Below are positions 24,676 through 36,400 of a stretch of DNA of 64,000 nt, one piece after another. The DNA comes from Ptychomitrium polyphyllum. Lineage: Eukaryota. Both the position numbers and the translations under genes were made by a program. The first letter of the stretch is position 1, and each line of letters starts with the position of its first letter. Location: the NCBI GenBank assembly GCA_973851085.1, contig OZ316776.1:14880001-14944000 (forward strand). The letters run 5' to 3'. A model generated the notes under the pieces. That model saw only the letters and a program-made list of their open reading frames with translations, ran no database searches and was not told the DNA's origin.

Positions 24676-25760
24676 ATGCAGCTTGAGTTATCCGCTAGTC
24701 ACCACCTCTTCCTTCACCGCGACCATCATATAGGGATTCTAGTGCTGCACGTCTCCACAAGATTCCAAGAATCTGGTCACAATACTAACAGTAAATCAAG
24801 CTGCCTCTTGTGCAGTTGGCCTCCAGTGAATCAATCAAAATTTGATGAAATTTTGGCACAGATCGAGGTTCAGAAGCAGTGCTCATTACTAAAGGTTGAG
24901 AGAGGCAACTACTTTATGTACGAAGAAGGTTCTCGCAAGATTGTCGAGAAGAAAACGTCAGAGATTAATCTGCTGCAGCTGCCATGGCGATGTTCCAGGA
25001 ATTCAAAGTATGTTATTTCTCTTCTCGGAGTACAGGACTCTTCATTGATAACATCACAGACAACTACAAAACCCTCGTGCACGCCCTGTATGGACCATAT
25101 TGGCGGCAGGTGCGGAGGTTTAGCAGTAGCTAGCTGTTTTCTCCAAAGCGCCGTGCATCCTACCAAGATGTTCGAGAAGAGGAGCACAGCAACATGGTGA
25201 AGATTCTTGTTGAAATTCCGCGAAGGGCGAAGCACAGAATAATCTTCATAGCTGGTTTCGCAAACTCAATGTCAATGTCATGACCAGGATGTTATTCAAC
25301 AAAAGGTACAGCCTTTCACCACCTTGCCATGTTCCATGTTTCACACTTTGTTCCAGGAGCACATGATCTAATTTCTTCATGCGTCACATACCGAAGGCTA
25401 AGTTTAAGAACTAAACTAGAGTTTGAGGTTTGTCAGGAGGACGCGTGCTAGGGAGTAAAGGAAAGAATTGGAGCAGTCGTTTGAGGCCATATTGAGTCAG
25501 CGTGAAGTCTTCTCTCCGTGAATTTCTACCAAGCTTGAGCTTTCTCACGACATTGCAAGGCATAGACAGGGTTTTCAAGGATCCCCGCGACTTATGGTTA
25601 AGAATTGGGGGCGAGTTGATGGAGCCGGAGAAGCGCAGAGAGGGTGCCAAAGAGAAGAACTAACGATCTCGATCCTTATGTACCCTACTTTGTGGACATG
25701 ATATTGGCCGAACCTCTAAATAATGGAATGCCAATAACTAACACGGCATTAGCCTTGCAG
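24676..25760 (+). pseudogene. Cytochrome P450 pseudogene (CYP71 clan, resembles moss CYP761), 5' half only
   Basis: Exon 1 (~24676-25305, donor gt at 25306) contains FSSRSTGLFIDNITDNYKTLVHALYGPYWRQVRRFSSS*LFSPKRRASYQDVREEEHSNMVK and NLHSWFRKLNVNVMTRMLFNKR. Exon 2 (25437-25760, donor gt at 25761) contains EFLPSLSFLTTLQG and PYVPYFVDMILAEPLNNG. There are stops and frameshifts, and no I-helix AGxDT, PERF or FxxGxRxCxG was found downstream. The CYP761 assignment rests on my recollection of the YVPDFVD..APL.DG motif. Confidence 0.8.
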
Positions 25761-26977
25761 GTATTTTATGTCTCCTCTCAATCATTATTCGTCAATGCCT
25801 GCTGAAGAAGCTTTTGCCATCGTAATGTTGTTGCAGTAGTTTTTCTAAAAAATTTGATATGATGAGTCTATGCCACATAACAAAGATGCCCAATTGGTTT
25901 AAATTATTTATAAATCATTGGAATTCATCAAGCATGGAAAGACATGTCTATTGATATACTTTGAAGATTTACACATGTTTTACACATGTCAATTGAGATA
26001 CATGAGGGCCATAATTAGTACCAACAAGGGTAGTACTTGGTAGCACTACAAAAAAGCTTTATTATTGTATGATTTCACAACCTTGTGTAAACTTGTGGGC
26101 TCAATATGCTCTAAAGTACATTGGAAAAGTAGTAGAATTTAGCAGATTTTACTGTTGGATAAACTAATTTCAAAAGTCTTGTTCAGCATCTAATCATGCT
26201 AAGTTGTAGCTTTCTTGCAAGTTGCAATCTGAACGAGCAAAAAGTTGCTTAGAAATTTTATGATGATTTAAGCTCGTTGGAGAACTTAACACATCCATCA
26301 ATCAACTCCCGAGAGACATGAAAAGCAAAATGTAATTTGCAGATCTATCGTACCAGAGATGAAAGGTTCCTTCCTGCTATTAATAATAATGTATAAATCG
26401 TGGCTAGGATGGCTTGTCGATTGAAACAGACACACCCTGCTCATAACACTATATTTTCCTCCTTCCTCTCTGGAAAGTTTACTTTGTAGCATCTGGCCTC
26501 TAATGGCAAGCCACACGAACCATGATGAGTACATGACAGTAATAAGAATGAGCAAAAGGCGAGTAAGCCCACTGCACATGAGCTCTTTTGATCTGCCTGT
26601 CGACGGGGAAAATGGACAGAGCTGCACAGGAAAAGCCAGAAGCATACCAGCCGTGAAGACCTACGCCTCCATCATAAGTATCGGTCCACTGGTTGCTAAG
26701 AACTACTCGATGCCCATCTTCCACTAGACAGCGTAGATTACTAATAAGCTCTCTGCCAAGGAGGTAAGGATTCAGTGATTACCCACAGAAATATCGTCGA
26801 GACAAGAGCTCACTTGGGCATGTAGGCATATCAGTAGATGAATGCCGTTGAAGCAAATAAAACATCATGTGACCCACCTCCAGGCAGCCAGATGCTGCGA
26901 GTGGTGATGCTTACACAATCTCATCAGTGAAAAGTCAAGATCTACAATTCAGAATTATCCAATGCTCCTTTTACAAT

Positions 26978-29900
26978 TCACTTGCCCGCCTTCTCAGGCC
27001 GCCCTCGACGCCTCTTAGCTGTGTGAGTCGCAGGAGTATCAGCTGGTCTTTTAACAGACTTGTCTTGCTTGATAGGGTCAATAATCACTCCAGCAGTCTT
27101 CAGCTCCTGTAGGATAGAGACAATTGCGACTGCTTAGTGACAGTGCAGCCAAAGTAGAAACATTTTCTACTCAGAGAAAAGACAGAAAGAATGGTTCTGT
27201 AACGCTATACACCAAGAGAGACAATACTATGAGATAATTCAGATAAAACATTCGAGGTCTAGTCGATATTTCACTCTCCATAAGTTAAACTCTACAACCA
27301 GGGCAATGGGTCCACTAATAAATCACCCTCTGCTCAGGCATTGACAAATAAGAGATGCAATTAGTTGCATGATGTAATTTAACATCCATTCTTCTATTGC
27401 TCAATAGTACTGGTACCAATATCCGTTGTTCTTAAATTCCTCAAGAATCATCTCATGCACTCAAAATTCACTAAAGTGGAAGCAATGCCAGCAATCACAT
27501 CAAACTTCTCAACGTTCTCAGGTTCTATTGGCAATAAATAGAGCATAGTCTCATGATCTGAACGGCGCAAAACTGAGTACGGTATCAACATTGCACACCA
27601 TTTCAATTGCCCTGAATTACCTAGCTAGAATAACCAGTACACCAATTAATGCTACTACTTTTAAGTCCCAGTACTAGTGTGAGAATTTACACCAATCCTC
27701 ACACTAATTACAGTAGAAACTTTTCAGGTTAGTGAAAATTTATTAATAAAGTGATCTGTTATGATAATATTCTGTTGAAATAATAATATATATTTGTTGA
27801 TTTTTCAAAATCATCATCATTGAAATGTTTTACTGTTATTTTATTCACACAAATTTGAACACCAAAATGTTAGTACAGGCAACACTATACCTACACTACC
27901 ACAATTACTGTGAGAATTATTTATCACTGTTATAGTAATGGCAACAATCGATGTAGTGGAAGAAATATTGTATATCAAACAGCACAGACATAAAAGGAAG
28001 AGAGCTTACCGCAGGACGAATCATATCACGAAATACTTTTTCACCATTGTACTCGCGACCAATTGGCATTCGTAATGATTGCTCAAACACCTCCTTTGTC
28101 TTCATCGAAAACGGCACCTTTGTAGTATGATACTTGACTCCCTGTAAGACGGAGTAATATGGACACTTGAGACACTAATAATATCTCTCCATAAAACATA
28201 ACCACCAACTAGAAATTACAAGAGGGATGTCTATAAATTTCGGATAAATAAAGCCAGCAGCTGAAAGTAACCTGCCAGGAAACATCATAAGCTGGAAAAG
28301 ATCCGATCTAAAACCCCACTTATGCACGGTACTAAGCATGAAAACCAGATGTCCACGTACCTTCTTGTCCATTTTTTCTGAAATTACAACAAACTTCAGA
28401 TTTGCATCCTTTCGTTTCTTCACTGCTTCCTCCCTCCTTTTTTTCTCAAGCTCTTCCTTCCACGCTGGTTGTCCTCTTCCTTTCTGAGCACGTGTCCACT
28501 GTCCCCACCCTGGCAATGTCTTTGGCTCTTCAATTCTGGCAACCTCCTCATCCATAGCCCGGGATTTTATATCTTGAAAGTCCCCTTCCACATCATCTCC
28601 TGCAAAGGCTTGCCGAATCAAGTCTTCTTGTGATGCACCCTTACCCGATAGCTGAAGTCCATGATCATTTGATGGATCGTCGTCGTCATCTAAGTCGAGG
28701 AATGCCGTAGTCTGTCCGAGTTCCTGGCTTCCAGCGCTGGTGTTCTTCGCAGGACCTGTTGTAGTGCTGATATTGGCAACTATAGATTTACTGCTCTGAA
28801 ACCCTGTCTGCTTGTTGAATACTGACACTTCAACAACACGAGTAGTAGTAGTTTGCAGGCCTTTACCCTCTTCTAATCCACTTCCCAGAGCCGGCGGATT
28901 TGTTTCAGGTTTCTTTTTGTTTTTCTTCTTCTTCGATTTTCCAGTAGGTTCTCCGGGAGCACTAGAATCTGCCTTGTTTAAATCTGCCGTATTCTCTACT
29001 CCTGACTTCTGAAACCCTCTCTGGTTGTTAAATACTGAAACTTGAACTCCAGTGGCAGATACTTGCTGACCCTGACTCTCTTGTGATTCACTTCCTGTCA
29101 CAGTCGAGTTTGTGCCAGCTTTCTTTTTATTCCTTTTTTTCCGTTTATTGGCAGATTCTCCAGCAACACGTCCATCTTGGTTTGAACTTATGTCATCCTT
29201 TTTCGATTTTGATTTCGGAGACGCCTTCTTTGCTTGATGCATTTGAAACTTACGCTTCTCGCCACCTTCGTTGTCTTCTACATCATCGTCATCAACATCA
29301 AGATCTAAATCTGAATAGTCGTCGTCGGTATGCTTTGATTTGGATCGTTCTGCATTCTGAGCTCGCGACGCAACAGCCAGATCTCCAAAAGCAATTCTAC
29401 CAGAGTGTTCAGTTTCCCTCTCCTCATAAGCTGCATCATCTCCATCAATCCCTTCTTCATCTGCTTCGGCTTGCTCTAGCTGCTCAAGAATGGCTAGTGC
29501 CTCTTCCCGAGCCTCATTCCTTTTCTTCTCCATAGCACGGGCCTGTAAGAGGAACAAAATGAGCACCAAAACCATATCGCATTTTTAGGGAAGAATCTCT
29601 GCCTTCGAGCAGTACCATCCAAGTGCTCAGCCAGGGCCCAAATTGAAGATAGTCCGTGAGCAGGCCAAGAGAAAGTGCCTTCTTCAGACAGAAGATGCAG
29701 TAACAGCACGGGATAAACAGAATGAAGAGAAAACACGATCAACACAAACACTGTTCCAGGTTTTGAGAGTTCTTTGTAAATAACGTATCAGTTTTAATGG
29801 TGAGCGTAGTAATGCTCACCATAAAAGGAAGAGCAAATAAACCAGTCTTAGGAGCTTCTGCCTCCTCGTCAAACTGTAAGGCTTCGAATGTAGCCGCCTT

Positions 29901-32599
29901 AGCCTTCGCAAGTAACCTTGACTTGCCCTTACCCGTGGCAGCAGCATCTTCATTATCTTCCTCCTCGTCGTCGCTGCTGCTACTGCTTGCTTCGCTTTCG
30001 CTGAAGTTAGCAGACTCAATCTTCTTTGTCAACATGCTGTGGGCCCGAAGCTGCTCCATGATGGCGTCCCGGCTACCATCCTCATGAGCCTTTAAGCCCC
30101 TTTTAAGTATCCGCTTTGCCCATCGTGATGTATTTTTGTGCTTCAAAGTCATGCGCTCCTGCAAATTAAAGCACCAAAAAGATCTAATCTCAGCAAGGCA
30201 ATTATGAAATTTATTATCCTTAAGCAGATATCAACTCACTACAGGCTGCACCATAAGGAAGTCTGTACTTGAGCGGTGGATGGTCCAGCAATATGTGCTC
30301 CTATTAAGTAACTAGGATAAACCATAACAACCCAGAGGTAGTTGCTCCTGAAATCATCTCATCAACCAGAAGAAAACATATTGTGTAAAATAACACAGGA
30401 AAGAAAAACTGGCAGACCTCAGCTCGCTTTTCTTCCTGCTTCAAAGCTGCCTCTTTGACTGCCTCCTCGTCTGTCTCCATGAAATCTCTCATCTTTTTAC
30501 TTTTATCAAGTCGACGGAATGTCTTTGACTTAATCTTCGCAACACGTCTTGCTTTTGTCTCATGCTGAAATAACAGACTGCGCATCTTTGAAAGCCTCTG
30601 CTGTCTTTCCCTGACTTCATCTACACTAAGCTGTGAATCACAGAGAAACGAGATGAGAAACTCAAACAGAGTATTTCTGAAGCTGACTTTGCTCCATAGT
30701 GATCCACTAAAACGTCCACGAACAATTCTCTCACAAGAAATTCTTTTCAAGAAGTGACGAAATCTTGAATGCTTAGCATATATTAGCAATATTAGCAATA
30801 TTAGCAATATCCCATGGTCATGATGTAAAGCCTCAAAATAACTTGTGGTTACCACCTTATGAACCAAGCAGTTAATCTAAAGCCTAATTGCAACTACCTC
30901 AAGCCACTAAAGGTATGAGAAAGAAATAACCTTATTAAGTTCAAGAGCTTCAGCAGCCTCAATAGCCTCCGCCACCACCATGTTGCCTTGTTCCAAAAGC
31001 GAAGCAACCTCTTTTTCCAGATCAGTCATAGGCTTATGCTTGTCTGCCAGAGCAGCAACAGTTGTTGTTGCGGCGGGTTCTCTGATATTAAAGGCCAGAG
31101 ACGGAGCTTCACGATTCTGCTTAACAAGCGGCTGCCATTTGGTAACTTCTTCTATACTTTTTTCATACCCTACTTTGCGCTCCACTCTTTCTTGTAATAC
31201 TTTTGGTAAAGGAGCACTTATAGCCAATTTCTCTCTCTGCAACGGCTCCATGCGTTTTCGTAGAGTCCCAATCCCTGATGCCCCTTGAAGGGACCCCAAA
31301 AGATCCTCCACACTAATTGATGAAGCATTCCCATTCCCGGCCGGATTTAAGTTATACTCTGATTCTGTGTAAGCCTCTGACCTCACATCCTTCTTCCGCT
31401 CCTTAGAACCACCATCTATTGAGACATAGAGAACTCATTATACCTTGACCCGGAGCAGACACCCCGTAAAATACGAACTCACATAATGTACATCTGCAGA
31501 AGACCAGGAATCGAAGGAAACATATCCTGATTTGTATCGCATTCAACAAAAACCCTATCAAGGAACCAATTATATTGAAAATTTTACATCCAGGTGAACG
31601 TGATTCAAAAATGCAGCTCGATCTCTAACAACTATATCCAGCTGGCTTTAATTTTTCCACGACCCTAACTTGCATACCATTTCGTGGTTGATGAGGTTTT
31701 CCAGTGACAGCCTCGAGCATCTGCTGATACTTATCGTCATCCTCCTCCTCCTCCTCCTCCTCCTCCTCCTCCTCCTCCTCCTCCTCCTCCTCCTCCTCCT
31801 CCTCCTCCTCGTCTTCCTCTCCATCTTCCTCCTCTTCACTGTTCAAGTCTAAATCACTCTCCAGAAAGACCTCTTTTCTCCTCTTCATATTGATGGTTTC
31901 TTCCAACCCAGCATCTTCTTCTCCAAGAGCGGCGTCTTCATCAATCTCTTCGTCCTAAACCACAACAAAAAGAACACTATTAAAAACCGAGGAAGACGAG
32001 GACTATCAAAATTCATAAAGTTCTACTTATGAGTATACACAGTAAAAAACCTCTGACTTTCTGAACTAGAAAAATTATTCAGACAGCAACTCGAAGGTGA
32101 TCGCTTCCACAATAAGCTCTACCGCTACCACAACAACAAAAAAATCCACTGCATCACTGCGCAGTATTCATAGAATCCTTAATTCCTTAAACCCTGAACC
32201 CCATGTATTGCCACTTGCGAATCCATGGGTAGTTCTCATTAGAGACAATCTCCAGCAAGAGGAATGGAAACCAAAGTTGAACATTATAGAAACCTCGAAA
32301 TCAGACGGCAGCTCATACTCCACATGCTCCACATCATCATAGCGCCGATTCTTGCCAGCCTCCTCGTCCGCGACTCCTTCTTCGTACACGTAGAAGTCCC
32401 GCACCGTAAGCCCCTCCTCCTCCTCGTCCTCTTCCTTCTTCTTCCGCCCGCCGTCTAGCTGCCTCAAGAGACTGGAATCCAACCTCGGCCCCCTCCCTCG
32501 CCCCCCTGCTGCACCGCCACCGCCTCTGCGCCCAACCCCCCGGCCACGGCCCCCTCCTCCGCCTCCTCCACGACCATGCCTTCCGCCCTGGCGCCCCAT
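26978..32599 (-). CDS. UTP14: U3 snoRNA-associated protein 14 (UTP14, SSU processome), 8 coding exons, 1020 aa
   Basis: Exons in order: 32599-32294, 31954-31678, 31415-30931, 30630-30418, 30158-29820, 29542-28361, 28141-28010, 27106-26978. All introns are GT-AG, phases are consistent, and the total is 3063 nt ending in TGA. Utp14 motifs: YEEGVADEEAGKNRRYD, PLPKVLQERVERKVGYEKSIEEVTKWQPLVKQNREA, KMRSLLFQHETKARRVAKIKSKTFRR, RAEERMTLKHKNTSRWAK, AFAGDDVEGDF, LPGWGQW, FEQSLRMPIGREYN, GVIIDPI. Confidence 0.95.
31742..31810 (-). repeat. (GAG)23 coding microsatellite, poly-Glu in UTP14 exon 2
   Basis: Uninterrupted CTC run on the + strand, in frame as 23 Glu. Confidence 0.95.
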
Positions 32600-32696
32600 C
32601 TCGCACTCGCCTGCGAAAACTGCGACCACAATCCCACAATCCCACAATCCCACAAGCTGGAGATTGCGAGCAACACTCAAACCCTCGCCCTCTCTC

Positions 32697-32920
32697 CCCT
32701 AAACCCTAAACCCCTCCCTACCCCCTCAAAACCGTCACCAACACGCCCTCCACCACCACTACCCTAAACCGTCACCTTGCCCTGAACAACCACAATTATC
32801 TAAACCGTCACTGTTCCCTAAACCACCAGTATGCTGTAGACCTTCACCGTTCCCTAAACCGTCACTGTTCCCTAAACCACCACTGTTTCTAAACCGCCAC
32901 TGTGCTCTAAACCGCCACCA
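32697..32920. promoter_or_regulatory. UTP14 promoter region with telo-box and degenerate ~18-bp CCCTAAACCGTCACTGTT repeats
   Basis: AAACCCTA telo-box at 32701-32708, followed by about 8-10 imperfect (C)CTAAACC-g/a-y-CAC units 100-320 bp upstream of the UTP14 ATG. Telo-boxes are established promoter elements of plant ribosome-biogenesis genes. Confidence 0.65.
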
Positions 32921-33134
32921 TGCGTTGGATGGCCACAACGCCCAGCACCACCACTGCTGAAAACGTTATCGAGTATTCATTTGTAGATTTTGGTTGGTGA
33001 AATGTAAGAGCTGTCTCTACCGTGTCGGATTTGGATACAATGACGGTTTTGGGTATTAATCTCGTGCCTCAACCCTGACTCTTGGTTTTGCTCTCGAGGC
33101 GTCAATTGAGGATGTCTTTTGAAGGTCATCTGAG

Positions 33135-33484
33135 TTTTTGCTGCCCCTGGTTCGCCTTATCTTTTTGCAACCCCTGGTTCGCCTTATCTTTTGCAGCCCC
33201 TGGTTCGCCTTATCTTTTTGCAGCCCCTGGTTCGCCTTATCTTTTTGCAGCCCCTGGTTCGCCTTATCTTTTTGCAGCCCCTGGTTCGCCTTATCTTTTT
33301 GCAGCCCCTGGTTCGCCTTATCTTTTTGCAGCCCCTGGTTCGCCTTTTCTTTTTGCAGCCCCTGGTTCGCCTTTTCTTTTTGCAGCCCCTGGTTCGCCTT
33401 TTCTTTTTGCAGCCCCTGGTTCGCCTTTTCTTTTTGCAGCCCCTGGTTCGCCTTTTCTTTTTGCAGCCCCTGGTTCGCCTTTTC
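33135..33484. repeat. 27-bp minisatellite, 13 units (TTTTTGCAGCCCCTGGTTCGCCTT[A/T]TC)
   Basis: Read directly: units 1-7 end CCTTATC, units 8-13 end CCTTTTC, and unit 3 has a 1-bp T deletion. It accounts for the overlapping repetitive ORFs at 33056-33535. Confidence 0.97.
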
Positions 33485-36400
33485 TGTAGGCCGCTTTATA
33501 CTTAGCCAAAGACCAATTGAGTCGGCCTGATTCACCAGTAATTAGGCCTTGATTTTGGGTTTATGTATGTAGTATTAAAGAAAACATCATAGCCCCCTGT
33601 TGTTTGTTTGTCCGCACTTATAAATTTATTTTCATTTTTACTTTTGTTTATCAATGGTTTTTAGTTTAATGACGGTTGTACAAATAAACCTGTATTACAT
33701 GCTATTACATTAAAGATGTGATAATTGTCATATTATTTTATTTAGGTTCTTTATATGTTAAATTCTTGGATCCATGGAAAGTGCATACTATTTGTCTCTA
33801 CAATCAAGCCTTTTTTCAAAGAGTATATTTAGCTTCCAAACCTAGATTTTATATTTATTCTTTTTGAATAAGCAAGAGCATGAGGCTCAATTTAGTTACA
33901 TTAATTAATATCTAAATCCAATTCAAATAGTTTTTCTAAGGACTGAAACAAGCTTAAAATTTTTGAATTGCAAATTTTAAGGATTTGCAAATTTATTTAG
34001 AAATGAGTTATAAAGCTTGGAATATGTTAAAATATTATTTTTATTTAGTTGTTGCTTGAATGATACAAATAAGAGCCATAGTTTAACTTTCTATGCAATT
34101 ATGGTCAATTGGAGATCAAAGTTTATTAATTGTTAAATTATTAATCCATTGAAATCCATTGATTGCATTAAACAAGTTTAGATGAATTTTTAAAAGTTTA
34201 TTTGCTTTAGAACTTCTTCAATTAAAAAACAAAAAACTAGAGTCAATCTCACATATAAGTAACTTATTTTTAACTTAGTTTTATTGCAAATTTATGTTAA
34301 GATTTTTTTTTGAAAATTATTTGATTATTAACTTCTTTGTATGCAAGCCATAAAATACATCCTATATTTTTTAACACTGTTGTTATCTTTAAGTGTTTTT
34401 AAATAAAATAAGGTAATGAATATTGGAAATTGTCCTACTAAAGGTGTTTATTAGACTAACAACTTCAAAAAATTTAATTCTAATATAATTGAAGCATACT
34501 TGTGTCATTTTGGCATAATACATAATATTTTGCTTCAAGTTTTAGAAATTAAAGCTTAGTAGTTAAAAATAATATAGTACTATTTCTACAATTGATAAGC
34601 CAAGAAATTAATTTTTGATTTTTCTAAAATATATTTAAGGTCAAAATATTGAAAAAAACTATTTGATTTTAAACGTGCAAATTTACAATAAATGTAGATA
34701 ATATATATGCATTTCAAAATAAAATGAAATAAAATAATTTCTTATAAGGTGACTTTCTTTTATTGTGCTATTTTGAAAATGCTATTAATAAGTATTATAT
34801 TAAGAAAAGGTAAACAAGCACTTCCTTAAGGAATTTTTATATTGTATCATAATACATGTAGATTTTGTATACTTGATTGTATTAGAATTTAGCATTTCAA
34901 AACAAACAAATTCTTTCAACATATGACAAAGTTGTTTTAAATTTGTCATTATTTAAAGTTTTCAAAAAACTGATTTTGCATGTTTGTTTGATTTAAGTTA
35001 TATTGCATAAAATATTAGACATTTTTTCTTTTTAGTAATCACAAAATTAATATGGAATTTTGTAAATCCCACTAATTAAATTAATGAATGCCATATAAAA
35101 TTCATCTTAAAAAATTTATATGTAATATATTACCAATTTGTTCATTGTATGTCAATTTTTATGTTATCAAGCACAAATCTGATTCAAATCCTTGTCAAAG
35201 CATTTACTTCTTCTTACCATTACAAATAATTTAAAAACTGTCCAGATTTTATTTATTTTCCCATTTAGTGTGTCATTTATATTAGAATTTCAATATTAGA
35301 ATTTCTATATTAGAATACATTGAAGAGTTCAAAAATTCTTTAATACCTCTTCAATACCTCTTCAAGACTCAAATCATTGGAAAACTTAGCTCTGATAATC
35401 TTTGTTAACTCACACAAGTTTAAAATTAAAAAACACATAAATAATTGTATTTCAATTATTTCTTTATTTACTTTGGTTTAATCGATAAATTTTAATGAAA
35501 TTTAAAATTAAAGGTTTTTTGCTTGTGATGTAACTCAATATTTATGGTATAAAGTGATATAAATGCAAAGTGTACCTTATATGAAAACATGTAAATTGGA
35601 AGTATATAAGTTTTTAATTAATTTATGAAATACATTACAAATCTTAGTAAAAGATACATTGTGGTAAATTAAACTAAAATGCTTACCATACAAACATTTG
35701 TACAAATATTATTTCTCAATATAAAATGATTATGATAAAGTAAGATGGATTTCATATTTTTCAAAGTATTTGAGGTTACTTTCTACTATCACATGAAGTT
35801 GAGAGAAAAAGATATTCTACCAATTTGAACAATTAAAACTTGGAATTTATTTCCAAGGCCTTCATAATAGAAGCACATAGCCTAAGTTTTCTAATTTGCC
35901 TATACAATTATACATTTTTGTGAATTTTGAAACTTAAAGTTTAATTTTAAAATAAGATTAAAATATTTTTTATTAAAAGATTAATGGTTTTGTCTATTAG
36001 GTTTCAACCAAAAAATATTGCTTAAGAAAGTCTAAGTTTTATTTCATGTTTAAATCCAAAAAACTTATATATTGTGCAAATTATTGCATTTATGTGGACT
36101 AAGGATAAAAAAATTTAAGATTTTTTGACTAATTTTGAATTTACAAGATGTTTTGAAATCTTATACAAAATAAATTACATCTATTTCATTTTCCATCAAT
36201 TTTAATATGGAACATTAACTGCATATCTTCTATTCAATAAATATACAAAATAATTATGTAACAAAGAAAAGCAATGACTTATATTCCACATAGTAGCAAA
36301 GTTTTAACATTCTTGTGGAATATAAGTCTTAGTCAATAATAAATATTGGCCTTTAAAGTATACTTTAGTTTTATTGACGCAAAGTTCTTGATTGTATTCT

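Noticed and set aside
23500..25650. LINE/retroelement fragment suggested by clustered minus-strand ORFs
   Set aside because: No RT or endonuclease motifs were found. 24676-25760 is explained by the + strand P450 relic; 23500-24400 remains unassigned.
27724..27822. Intronic C/D snoRNA in UTP14 intron 7 (ATGATGA ... CTGA on the minus strand)
   Set aside because: Extremely AT-rich, with no convincing terminal stem and no recognisable rRNA-complementary guide.
31648..31852. Poly-Arg and poly-Leu ORFs
   Set aside because: Alternative frames of the (GAG)23 tract in UTP14 exon 2.
33056..33535. Repetitive ORFs (KEKANQGLQ, FAAPGSP, CSPWFA) as proteins, or the array as a CRISPR
   Set aside because: They are by-products of a 27-bp tandem unit and lack true ATG starts. 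The units are contiguous with no unique spacers, and the context is eukaryotic with no cas genes.
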